A stretch of 64,000 nt of DNA from Spirochaetia bacterium (GTDB taxonomy: Bacteria; Spirochaetota; Spirochaetia; UBA9216): assembly GCA_963675665.1 (NCBI GenBank), contig OY776510.1, forward strand, positions 3,264,001-3,328,000, written 5' to 3'. The translations under genes were made by a program, and so were the position numbers. The notes under the pieces are model-generated. The model had not been told where the DNA came from. It saw only the letters and a program-made list of their open reading frames with translations, and did no database searches. Each line of letters opens with the position of its first letter. Positions within the stretch are counted from its first letter, which is position 1. Of this stretch, positions 48,945 through 58,349 are shown piece by piece.

Positions 48945-50140
48945 TATAAAAACCTCCTGCCTGCATTTTTTGAAAGCTGATGCAATTTTTCAGCCGGATT
49001 GGATATTTTACGCAGGAAAATCATTGCCGCTATGATGTAAGGTTTATAGGAAGCTTCTCTGTAAGTCAGGTTTCGGTATTTATCAAAAACATTTGCAGAA
49101 ACTTCTCCGTTTTTGCAGCTGATGCCGGAGATGTCTGCAGGAAGGCAGTGAAGATATAATGCATCTCCGTTTTTTGTCTTCTGCATGAGATTTTCATCAC
49201 ACTCCCAGTCGGTAAACTCCGCATTCTGGGCAAGGCACTGTTTTTCAAGTTGAACAAGTCCAGCAGTGTCGCCGGATTTTAAAAGTTCGGTGCGTTGCTG
49301 CATTACGCTGAAGGGAGCCCAGCTTTTTGGGTAGACAATATCGGCATCCTTAAAAGCATCCTGCATTGAATCTGTTTTTGTAAAAGCAGCTCCGGACTCC
49401 CTGCAGAACGCGGCTGCTATCTCTTCAGTTTCCGGAATCAGGCTGTAGCCGGGCGGGTGGGCAAGGGTAACATCCATACCGAAGCGGCTCATCAGGGCTA
49501 TGGCCCCCTGGGGAACGGAAAGAGGCTTTCCGTATGACGGGGAATATGCCCAGCTCATTACAAGTTTTTTCCCTTTAAGTTTTTCAACTCCGCCGAAATG
49601 ATTAATAAGATGAAGGGTGTCCGCCATGACCTGGGTGGGGTGATCAAGATCACACTGAAGGTTGACCATGGCCGGACGGGAAGGCAGAAGCCCTTCAGAA
49701 AAATCTTCGTCAAGAGAATCTGCAACCTCTTTCATGTAGGTATGGCCTTCACCGATATACATATCGTCGCGTATTCCGATTGCTTCGGTAAGAAAAGAAA
49801 TCATGCAGGCTGTTTCTCTTACAGTTTCGCCGTGAGCAATCTGGGACTTCTTTTCGTCAAGCTCCTGTACGGCAAGGCCAAGCAGGTTTGCAGCGCTTGC
49901 ATAAGAAAAACGGGTACGGGTTGAATTATCCCTGAAAATGGAAACGGCCAACCCGGAATCGAATATTCTAGGAGAAACATTGGACTCTCTGAGAAGCCTG
50001 AGAGCATCAGCTGTCTTCAAAACAGTCGATATTTCGTCATCGGTCTGTTCCCAGCTTAACAAAAAATCTTTCTGCGACATATCTATGGTATTCAGTGATG
50101 CTATATCATCTATCAGTTCATTCAATTTGTTATCAGACAT
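48944..50140 (-). CDS. ygeW: Knotted carbamoyltransferase YgeW
   Basis: FRDNSTRTRFS, SQIAHGETVRETA, NLQCD.DHPTQ, WAYSPSYGKPLSVPQG, HCLPAD. Confidence 0.95.
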   Translation of the reverse strand: MSDNKLNELIDDIASLNTIDMSQKDFLLSWEQTDDEISTVLKTADALRLLRESNVSPRIFDSGLAVSIFRDNSTRTRFSYASAANLLGLAVQELDEKKSQIAHGETVRETACMISFLTEAIGIRDDMYIGEGHTYMKEVADSLDEDFSEGLLPSRPAMVNLQCDLDHPTQVMADTLHLINHFGGVEKLKGKKLVMSWAYSPSYGKPLSVPQGAIALMSRFGMDVTLAHPPGYSLIPETEEIAAAFCRESGAAFTKTDSMQDAFKDADIVYPKSWAPFSVMQQRTELLKSGDTAGLVQLEKQCLAQNAEFTDWECDENLMQKTKNGDALYLHCLPADISGISCKNGEVSANVFDKYRNLTYREASYKPYIIAAMIFLRKISNPAEKLHQLSKNAGRRFL

Positions 50141-50161
50141 TTAAATTACCTCCGTATATAA

Positions 50162-51535
50162 TCATAGTTTATCCGTCAGTTTTGATGCAATCCGGTTTAC
50201 TTCCACAGTCAGCTTTTCTTCATCGAAACAGGCCAGGGAGCCTTCTCTTACAGTAACATGACCGTTTACAATGGTGTATTCGGTCTGATGATTGTAACCG
50301 CAGAACAGCAGGGCCGCAAGCGGATCAGAAAGAGCACCGGCGTATCCGAGGCTGTCAAGGTTGAATACGGCAATATCGGCGGCATAGCCGGGTCTTATAA
50401 ATCCGCATTCAGGGAAGCCGAGTATATCCGCGCCCCCGGCCGATGCTATACTGAAAGCCTGTTCTACAGACATGGCTGATGCTCCGCCGGAAACCCTCTG
50501 CAAAAGCATTGCATTTCTTGCTTCGGCCAGCATGTCTGAGCTGTCGTTTGAAGCCGAGCCGTCAACAGCCAGGGAAACCCTGATGCCGAGTTCCAGCATC
50601 TCTCGAATACGGGCTATACCGGAACCCAGTCTCATGTTTGAGGACGGACAGTGACTGATTCCGCAACCTTCGTTTTTAAGAACCTGTAATTCTTCATCAT
50701 TAAAATGGATTCCGTGGGCGAAAAAAACGTCCGGTCCCGTAAATCCGCATTCCTGCATCAGTTCAAGAGGCCTGCATCCGTAGAGTTTGCTGCATGAGTC
50801 GTTTTCATCGCCGGTTTCGGCAAGGTGCGTATGAAGTATGGCTTTGTGCTTTCTGGCAAGATCAGCGCTGTCTTTCATGAGCTGCCTGGTTACGGAAAAC
50901 GGGCTGCATGGAGCAAGGACTACACGCCGCATTGAAAACCGGCCGGGATCATGAAACTCATTTAAAACGCGTTCACAGTCTTTTAAAATACTATCCTCAT
51001 CCTGTACTACGGAATCAGGCGGCAGTCCGCCGTCTTTTTTGCTGCGCGACATTGACCCGCGGGTGGGTGAAAATCGTATTCCGAGTTTTTCGGCGGCTTC
51101 AAACTGAATAGCCATTATGTCACCGTCAAAGCCGGAAGGATAAAGATAATGATGATCAGAACTGCAGGTACAGCCTGTCTTCATTAATTCTCCGATGGCG
51201 GCAAGGCTGGAATAGTAAACGGCCTCGGCATCGATGTTTTTCCATATTTCATAAAGATAAACAAGCCAGTTGAACAATTCCGCATTCTGAACAGCAGGAA
51301 GATTGCGGGTAAGAATCTGGTAAAAATGATGATGTGTATTTATCATTCCGGGAATAACAATATGAGAAGAGCAGTCGATAATTTCACAGATTCCGCCCGC
51401 CCGGCAGTTGTCTTTATGGGATTTATCTGATGCATCGGTAATTTTCTCTATGATATTGTCCCTGATAATAATATTTTTATTATAAAGACGTTCAGTTCCG
51501 TCATAAACGCAGAAACAGTTTTCCAGTACTATCAT
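50162..51535 (-). CDS. Amidohydrolase, 8-oxoguanine deaminase-like
   Basis: NTHHHFYQ.LTR, DHHY, APCSPFSV, HTHLAET, HCPSSNMRLGSG, VDGSASND. Confidence 0.88.
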   Translation of the reverse strand: MIVLENCFCVYDGTERLYNKNIIIRDNIIEKITDASDKSHKDNCRAGGICEIIDCSSHIVIPGMINTHHHFYQILTRNLPAVQNAELFNWLVYLYEIWKNIDAEAVYYSSLAAIGELMKTGCTCSSDHHYLYPSGFDGDIMAIQFEAAEKLGIRFSPTRGSMSRSKKDGGLPPDSVVQDEDSILKDCERVLNEFHDPGRFSMRRVVLAPCSPFSVTRQLMKDSADLARKHKAILHTHLAETGDENDSCSKLYGCRPLELMQECGFTGPDVFFAHGIHFNDEELQVLKNEGCGISHCPSSNMRLGSGIARIREMLELGIRVSLAVDGSASNDSSDMLAEARNAMLLQRVSGGASAMSVEQAFSIASAGGADILGFPECGFIRPGYAADIAVFNLDSLGYAGALSDPLAALLFCGYNHQTEYTIVNGHVTVREGSLACFDEEKLTVEVNRIASKLTDKL

Positions 51536-51537
51536 GG

Positions 51538-52407
51538 CTACTCTCCTGTTTTATCAACGGCATCAATGATGACTTTTTCAACAAGCCTTAGAGCTGTATT
51601 TTTCCGGTATTCGGCAGTACTCCGCTGATCATCAATTGGGTTTACAAGATCATCATACATATTGATAAGTTTATCCGTTAAAAGTGCGGTGTCTTCAATG
51701 CGACTGCCGGTAAAAAACTTTTCAGCATCCCGGCTTCGTATAACAACAGGCGCACATGCGCCGATTGCTAGTCTGAAGTCGGAAAAAATGTTATTTTCGG
51801 TTTTTATTAATGCGGCAATACTGAGTTTTGAGAGGGCATTCGCCGCTCTTGTACCGACCTTTCTGAAAGTAACAAATGTTCTGCCCTCAGAACAATCCGG
51901 GATATCGCAGAAGATCCCGGTAACAATTTCGGCTGCAGAGAGCTCTGTTTTTCCAGGCCCGGTTATAAAGTCCTGAATCGGAATATTCCTGATTCCGTTT
52001 TCGCCGTTAACAGTGACGGAAGCGTTAAGAATATACAACGCCGGCAGCGAATCGGCAGCAGGGCTGGCATTGCAGATGTTTCCGGCAAGAGTAGCTGCAT
52101 TCCTGATTCCCGGAGCTGCAATTGACTTGAGCGATTCGCGGAGCGGTTCGGGACAGCCGGGATGACTGATGATTTCGGAAAGCGTTACACTGCTGCCGAT
52201 CAGGAATTTCCGGTTTTCAGCAGTCAATCTTCCTGTGCCGGCAATTTTTTTGCAGCTGAATATGCTGCCGCTTCCGGAATTGGCCGGATCAGATTTAAGC
52301 AGGGCGTGCCGGCGAACTATAAAATCGGTCCCTCCGCCAACGGGGCGATATCCCGCTTTAAGCAGCTCAACGGCCTGTTCTATTGATTCGGGTACAAGTT
52401 TGTTCAC
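51538..52407 (-). CDS. Xanthine dehydrogenase-family FAD-binding subunit
   Basis: GGTD, IRN.ATLAGNICNASPAAD, PIDD.RSTAEYR. Confidence 0.92.
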   Translation of the reverse strand: MNKLVPESIEQAVELLKAGYRPVGGGTDFIVRRHALLKSDPANSGSGSIFSCKKIAGTGRLTAENRKFLIGSSVTLSEIISHPGCPEPLRESLKSIAAPGIRNAATLAGNICNASPAADSLPALYILNASVTVNGENGIRNIPIQDFITGPGKTELSAAEIVTGIFCDIPDCSEGRTFVTFRKVGTRAANALSKLSIAALIKTENNIFSDFRLAIGACAPVVIRSRDAEKFFTGSRIEDTALLTDKLINMYDDLVNPIDDQRSTAEYRKNTALRLVEKVIIDAVDKTGE

Positions 52408-52916
52408 AGGTTATCATCTCCATCGGGTGCGGAAAAATCAGTAGGCTTAAGTTTTCCGGCGGCAAGTCTGACCGCATCAATAATCATGGTATAACCCGTA
52501 CAACGGCAGAGGTTGCCTGAAAGCCCTGTGCGTATTTCGTCATCCGTTGGTTCCGGGTTTTGCTGAAGAAGGGCAGCGGAAGCCATTATAAAACCCGGCG
52601 TGCAGAACCCGCACTGGACTGCGCCGGCTTCTGAATATGATTCAGAAATGATTTTAAACGCTGCCGTACGGGAAAAGCCTTCAATTGTGGTAACGTTACA
52701 GCCTGCCACATTTACTGCGGGAACACAGCAGGAATTAACAAGCATGCCGTCAAGAAATACGCTGCATGCGCCGCATTCTCCTTCGCCGCAGCCTTCGCGC
52801 ACAGCTGTAATCCCGGCATCTTCCCGAAGAAGATCAAGAAGGCGCTTGTCGGGAGAAGAATTAAATGAAACAGGTCTGCCGTCAAGAGTGAAGGACAAAG
52901 TAAAATTATTGTTCAT
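52404..52916 (-). CDS. Xanthine dehydrogenase-family 2Fe-2S subunit
   Basis: GC.EGECGAC, QCGFCTPG, GNLCRCTGY. Confidence 0.95.
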   Translation of the reverse strand: MNNNFTLSFTLDGRPVSFNSSPDKRLLDLLREDAGITAVREGCGEGECGACSVFLDGMLVNSCCVPAVNVAGCNVTTIEGFSRTAAFKIISESYSEAGAVQCGFCTPGFIMASAALLQQNPEPTDDEIRTGLSGNLCRCTGYTMIIDAVRLAAGKLKPTDFSAPDGDDNL

Positions 52917-55054
52917 CCAAGTTCAACCTCCAGTTTTTCAGGAGTAACGGGAATTTCGGTTATTATCTTCCCGACGGCCTGCGAGACAGCTGCTGCGAAT
53001 GCACCTGCGGGTCCTTCATTGGGAAGTTCTCCGGCAGCTTTTGCTCCAAAGGGTCCGTATCGGTAAGGATTGTCGATAAACTGGCAAAAAGTATCAGGGA
53101 AATCAAGTGTTGTGGGAATGGTATAATCAGTAAACGAAGCCTGTCCCGGTTTTCCGTTGAGAATCTGCATTTTTTCGATTGAAGCATAACCGAGACTCTG
53201 AGCAGTGCCTCCCTGCATCTGGCCGCAAAGAACCTTCATATCTATGGCAGTTCCGACATCATAAACAGCCCAGGAGCCTGTAACATGTGTTTCATAGGTT
53301 ACAGGATCAATTTCCACTTCAACAACATTGACCGACCATGAGTAACCGGGATAAGCATCACCGGTGAAGGTTGATTCATCCCATTTGAATTCTTCAGGAT
53401 GGACGTACCGTTTTTCTACTGTAACCGGTTTCCCTGAAAGGGGTGCAGCAGCAGTTTGCAGTTTTATTGACAAATCTGCAGCTGCATCCTGCAACAATTT
53501 ACCAACTATCATTATTGTACGGGAAGCAACAGTCGGGCCAGAATCGGGAACTTCCAGGGTGTCGGGCCTGTTGAATATAATTCGTTCAAGCGGCAGTTTC
53601 ATTGTTTCAGCGACAATCTTTCTTAGGGTTAATGATGCTCCCTGGCCCATTTCAACGTTTGATACAAGTATTCGTACATTGTAAGGGGCAGTCGAAGAAG
53701 GCTCTGCAGAAAGTTTTACAAGGCTTTTTATTAGTTCCTGTTCTCCGTTGCCTGTAAATGCTCCTCCGTGAGCTGCAAAGGATATACCTATTCCTTTCAT
53801 GAGATTGTTTTTGCTCTTTTTTGAGGCAGTATTATATTTTTCCCATTTATTACTGTAGTCAGAACTGTCCTCTATCATTCGGATCATTTCATCAAATTTA
53901 ATATCATCGCGAAATATTCCGCTTGTAACTGAGTGATCATTTTTTTTAAACAGATAACGTTTTTTTAAATCAAGAGGAGATAATTCCAGTTGTTCCGCAA
54001 GAAAATACATATTCATTTCAGCGGCAAAAAGCGATTGCGGACCGCCGAAACCCCTGAATGCTCCTGAAGGAACATGATTAGTTTTCATCGTGCGTCCGCG
54101 GACACTGATATTTTCTATATTATACGCTCCGGTACAAACAAATACTGCACGCTCAAGAACAACCCCCGAAAGGCTTTGATATGCTCCTGCATCAATTTTG
54201 CAGTCGATGTCCATAGCGGTTATTTTGCCGGAGTTGTCGACTGCCGTGCGAATATCGATAAGGGACGGGTGGCGTTTTGGCGTATGCATCATATCAAATC
54301 GTCTGTCAAGAATAACCTTTACAGTTTTTCCGCTTTTAATTGCGGCAGCCGCAGCCTGTCCGGCAAGAACCGAGGGGAAGTCCTCTTTTCCGCCGAAAGC
54401 GCCGCCTGTTTCGGTTTGTATTACTCTTACGTGTTCTGCGTCCAGTGCAAAGGCGTTCATCAGTGAATTACGGATATAAAACGGGCATTGCATGGATCCC
54501 CTTACAGTAAGAACTCCGTTTTTGTATTCGGCTATCATTCCCTGAGGTTCCATGTAAGCCTGTTCCTGAATTCCTGTGCGGTATGAGTTTTCAAAAATCA
54601 TGGCAGCTGAATCAAAAGCTTTTTGTGGTTCTCCTTTAACTATGCTGTAATCATTAAAAAAATCCACGGCATCTTCTATGACGGAAACAGCCGGGAGCTC
54701 TTCATATTCAGCGGTAATTGAGGAACATAACAGCCCGCATTCCGCAGGATCCGGGCCGGCTACAGCAAGCAGCGGCTGTCCGTAGTAAAGAACCTCATCT
54801 TCAGCAAAAAAAGGCCAGTCCTGTGCAACTATTGTCGCCCTGTTCCGGCCCGGAAAATCTTTGCCGTCGATAATATAAAAACCGTCGGGTATTTCCGGAA
54901 TGTTTATCTTGAGGATCTTTCCATGCTGTATCGATGCAGTTGCAAACGACATATACAACATATCCGGATACTGAATGTCGGAAACATATTCAGCTTTTCC
55001 GGAGATTTTGTCATAAGCGTCGCTGCGATTAACGGAAGCACTGATTTTATGCAA
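52913..55054 (-). CDS. Xanthine dehydrogenase-family molybdopterin-binding subunit (PucD-like)
   Basis: GGAFGGKE, AFRGFG.PQ, EMGQG, GPTVASR, GAK..GE. Confidence 0.92.
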   Translation of the reverse strand: MHKISASVNRSDAYDKISGKAEYVSDIQYPDMLYMSFATASIQHGKILKINIPEIPDGFYIIDGKDFPGRNRATIVAQDWPFFAEDEVLYYGQPLLAVAGPDPAECGLLCSSITAEYEELPAVSVIEDAVDFFNDYSIVKGEPQKAFDSAAMIFENSYRTGIQEQAYMEPQGMIAEYKNGVLTVRGSMQCPFYIRNSLMNAFALDAEHVRVIQTETGGAFGGKEDFPSVLAGQAAAAAIKSGKTVKVILDRRFDMMHTPKRHPSLIDIRTAVDNSGKITAMDIDCKIDAGAYQSLSGVVLERAVFVCTGAYNIENISVRGRTMKTNHVPSGAFRGFGGPQSLFAAEMNMYFLAEQLELSPLDLKKRYLFKKNDHSVTSGIFRDDIKFDEMIRMIEDSSDYSNKWEKYNTASKKSKNNLMKGIGISFAAHGGAFTGNGEQELIKSLVKLSAEPSSTAPYNVRILVSNVEMGQGASLTLRKIVAETMKLPLERIIFNRPDTLEVPDSGPTVASRTIMIVGKLLQDAAADLSIKLQTAAAPLSGKPVTVEKRYVHPEEFKWDESTFTGDAYPGYSWSVNVVEVEIDPVTYETHVTGSWAVYDVGTAIDMKVLCGQMQGGTAQSLGYASIEKMQILNGKPGQASFTDYTIPTTLDFPDTFCQFIDNPYRYGPFGAKAAGELPNEGPAGAFAAAVSQAVGKIITEIPVTPEKLEVELG

Positions 55055-55064
55055 AACTATCTCC

Positions 55065-56225
55065 TTAAAGATTAAGCGCCTTCATTGCGCCGTCGATATC
55101 CTTTAAACCGTTTCCGGTAACAAGCAGTACTGAACAGTCCCTGTCTTTCAGTTTGTTTCGCACCTGTAAAAAACCGGCAAGAACCGATGCTGATGACGGT
55201 TCGGCAAACAGACCTGTAGAGGCTGAAAGTTTTACCTGTGCCTTCAGAATGGCTTCGTCCGATACCGTGATTGTATTGCCGCCGTATTTCCTGAGCATAT
55301 TCAGCGCAAAATAACCATTACGGGGGACATCCACAGAAATGGAATCCGCAATGGTGTTTGAAGGCAAAGGCGTTGAAAAATCACCGTCTTTAAATGCCCT
55401 GTTTATAGCAGATGAGCCTTCGGCCTGAACAGAGTGAATTACAGGAATTTTGTCGGTATATCCTTTTTCATAAAGATCGATAAAACCCCGGTAGAGGCCA
55501 CCGAGAATTACTCCGTCTCCGACAGGTACAAAAACATGATCCGGGGCAATACCGGTTTGAATGAAAATTTCAAGAGCGGCCGTCTTCTTCCCTTCGATGG
55601 TAAGCGGATTATAAGCAGTATTGCGGTTAAGTCCGCCGAATTTGTCAGTGTATGCAATCGATTGATCAAAGGCAAGATCATAGGTGCCGTCAACGAGGTT
55701 AACATCAGCGCCGTATTGCATTGCCTGCACCATCTTTGCTTTGGGCGCTGAAGACGGAATAAATATTTTGACTTTCAACCCGGCTGCCGCTCCGATACCT
55801 GCCATTGAAGAAGCGGCATTTCCCGTGGACGCGACGACAATATCACTGATTTTATATTTAAGGGCAAATGCGGCGACAAGGAATGAAGCCCTGTCTTTCA
55901 GAGAGCCGGTAGGATTGCGGGTATCATCCTTGATGAACATATTCGGCATGCCGAATTCGGCCCTTAGGTTGGAGGGTGTCCAGAGCGGGGTCATGCCTGC
56001 CGGCGTCGAAGGGAAATATCTGTGTTCTACAGGCAGCAGGCAATGAATGAACTTTACAGGATCTTCCTCCGGAGTAATTTCGGGTTTACCTTCGCAAACT
56101 GTCGCAAGTACGCCGCGAAGTGGACGGTCCTGCTTTTGTTTTGATTTGCAGGCGGGACAGATGTTGACATTAGGTCTTATATCAAAGGTCAAACCGCAAT
56201 CTGTACATTTATAATAAAATTTCAT
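55065..56225 (-). CDS. Threonine synthase-like fold-II PLP enzyme
   Basis: N-terminal CxxC..CxxC, NPTGSLKDR, ASTGNAA, EGKKT, VGDG, TGNGLKD. Confidence 0.85.
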   Translation of the reverse strand: MKFYYKCTDCGLTFDIRPNVNICPACKSKQKQDRPLRGVLATVCEGKPEITPEEDPVKFIHCLLPVEHRYFPSTPAGMTPLWTPSNLRAEFGMPNMFIKDDTRNPTGSLKDRASFLVAAFALKYKISDIVVASTGNAASSMAGIGAAAGLKVKIFIPSSAPKAKMVQAMQYGADVNLVDGTYDLAFDQSIAYTDKFGGLNRNTAYNPLTIEGKKTAALEIFIQTGIAPDHVFVPVGDGVILGGLYRGFIDLYEKGYTDKIPVIHSVQAEGSSAINRAFKDGDFSTPLPSNTIADSISVDVPRNGYFALNMLRKYGGNTITVSDEAILKAQVKLSASTGLFAEPSSASVLAGFLQVRNKLKDRDCSVLLVTGNGLKDIDGAMKALNL

Positions 56226-57424
56226 TTGTTTTCTTCCAGGCTGTAGACCAGAGCAGCGTAAAAAGCGCTGCAGATTACAAGATCATCTATGCGGTTTACT
56301 TCATTTGGAGCATGGGCCTGGTTTTCATCACCGGGACCGAATCCTATTGTGGGAATCTGGTATCGACCGCATACGGAAACGGCATTTGTTGAAAAAGTCC
56401 ATTTATCTACTTTAACCTTTTTATTGTAGAGAGTTTCATAGGCTTTTTCTCCTGAAACAACCAGAGGATGCATGCGATCTATTTTCCAGGTCGGAAAATA
56501 AAGCTCCTGCCCGTATTTTGTTCCTTTCCAGCTGGTTTTATCATAATAAGGGATTTTTACATCTTCACATTCAGGAATTGCTTTACTGACCTGGTTTAAC
56601 GCTATTTCCTTTGTTTCTCCCCAGGTGAGACGGCGGTCAAGGTATAAGCGTGCGGTATCGGGAACGGCGCACTGGGAGGGGCCGGAAGCGGACATCTGTG
56701 AAACGACTACGGTTCCCTTTCCAAGAAAGTTTTCTTCATCAGGCTGCAGCTCTTCATTGAGTTTTTCAATTGCAAGTGCGCCGCGCGAAGCCTTGTATGC
56801 GGAATTTATTCCCCGTTCAGGCGCCGAGCCGTGACATGAAATACCTTTGAACAGGACCTCCATTTCCATGCGCCCGCGATGTCCCCTGTACAGGTTGCAT
56901 GAAGAAGGCTCTGTGCTTATGAAGAAGTCAGGTATGAGTTTTTCAACTTCAATTATGTATTTCCAGCACATTCCGTCGCAATCTTCTTCCATAACTGTAA
57001 ATGTAAAGAATACTGAAAAATCCCCGTCGTATTCAAGCTCTTTAAGTATACGGCCTGCGGCTATCATTGATGCAGCGCCGCCTTTCTGATCGGTTGAGCC
57101 GCGTCCTTTTACAAGGCTTTCGGTTATTTCTCCGGAGAAGGGATCAGTAGTCCACTGATCAGGATCTCCTACCGTTACCGTATCAATGTGTGCGTCAAAA
57201 ATGATCTTTTGCGGACCGGAACCGACTCTGCCTATCAGATTGCCCAGACCGTCCACATAAACCTCATCAAAACCTGCAGCAATGCACAGCTCACTGATTT
57301 TTTTAATAACATTTCCTTCTTCACCGCTGAAACTGGGAATTTTAACAATTTCCGAAAGAACCTCTGCAGTGTATTTGCGGTATTTTTCAGACATTTCTTT
57401 TATAATACTGATTTTTTCTTTCAT
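56222..57424 (-). CDS. ygeY: YgeY-family M20 hydrolase
   Basis: DAHIDTV, GRG..DQKGG, V.EEDCDG, GHRGRME, HGSAPERG.N, KWTFSTN, GFGPG.E..AH; start moved to ATG 57424. Confidence 0.92.
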   Translation of the reverse strand: MKEKISIIKEMSEKYRKYTAEVLSEIVKIPSFSGEEGNVIKKISELCIAAGFDEVYVDGLGNLIGRVGSGPQKIIFDAHIDTVTVGDPDQWTTDPFSGEITESLVKGRGSTDQKGGAASMIAAGRILKELEYDGDFSVFFTFTVMEEDCDGMCWKYIIEVEKLIPDFFISTEPSSCNLYRGHRGRMEMEVLFKGISCHGSAPERGINSAYKASRGALAIEKLNEELQPDEENFLGKGTVVVSQMSASGPSQCAVPDTARLYLDRRLTWGETKEIALNQVSKAIPECEDVKIPYYDKTSWKGTKYGQELYFPTWKIDRMHPLVVSGEKAYETLYNKKVKVDKWTFSTNAVSVCGRYQIPTIGFGPGDENQAHAPNEVNRIDDLVICSAFYAALVYSLEENK

Positions 57425-57428
57425 TCTA

Positions 57429-58349
57429 TCATCCTGTAATATCCGGATATTTGCCCTTGATTTCCAAAAGGCTGTTGTAACCATTGCTTTCAAGCCATTG
57501 CAAAATCTCAAGTGAGATTCTGCCGTAGACCGACGGACCTTCCCGGATGGCTGCCGTGCAGACCTGAACCAATGAAGCTCCCGCCATTATGAATTTGACA
57601 GCGTCAATTCCACTGGATATTCCACCGACGCCTATTACAGGCTTGCTGACTATTTTTGATATTCTGTAAACAATTCCGAGAGCTATAGGTAACAAGGGCG
57701 GTCCCGACATCCACCCCTGTCCCCATTCGGAACCAAGAGATTTTCGGCAAAGCGACGGATTGAAATCCAGGGCCGGGCCGTAGGAATTAACTGCCACAAA
57801 AGCGTCTACAAAGGGTTCGGCCGCCTGAACAAGAGCTTCCAGATCGGGGAACCCCGGCGATACTTTCATCCATACAGGAATATCGGAAGCTTTTTTAAGA
57901 GATTCGGCAACTCCGATAAGCGGTTTTATATCATGGCCTGTATAATGCGTGGAAAATTCAATTGCATCGGGACGAATCTCTTTTTCGATCAGCTTTCCGA
58001 GGAATTCCACATCCTGTGCGCTGTATCCGATAGAAATAATAAGAGGCACCCGGTTCCCGTCATCTTCAGCGCAGACGGCTGATTTTACTTTCTTCAGTTC
58101 GGGTATGAAGTTTTGATAAGTGTCTTCAAGCCATGTTTCACAGTTAAGAAGGCCTCCGCAGACTGTTTTTTTCATTGTAGGTCTGGGATCCGACGCAGGA
58201 ACTACTGAAAAAGTTTTTGAAACAACCGCGCCCGCGCCAAGTTCGGCCGCCTTAATCATCAGTTCTGCAGTTTTAACATTTGGTCCGGCAGCAGGCATCA
58301 CCGGGTTCGGAAATTTAATTCCGCATACTGTGGATGCAAGATCAGCCAT
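57429..58349 (-). CDS. Dihydroorotate/dihydropyrimidine dehydrogenase-like FMN protein
   Basis: NPV.PAAGP, V.KT, MKVSP, G..SGP, GVGGI.SG.DA.....AGA..VQ.C; STH in place of the SCP active-site loop. Confidence 0.82.
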   Translation of the reverse strand: MADLASTVCGIKFPNPVMPAAGPNVKTAELMIKAAELGAGAVVSKTFSVVPASDPRPTMKKTVCGGLLNCETWLEDTYQNFIPELKKVKSAVCAEDDGNRVPLIISIGYSAQDVEFLGKLIEKEIRPDAIEFSTHYTGHDIKPLIGVAESLKKASDIPVWMKVSPGFPDLEALVQAAEPFVDAFVAVNSYGPALDFNPSLCRKSLGSEWGQGWMSGPPLLPIALGIVYRISKIVSKPVIGVGGISSGIDAVKFIMAGASLVQVCTAAIREGPSVYGRISLEILQWLESNGYNSLLEIKGKYPDITG

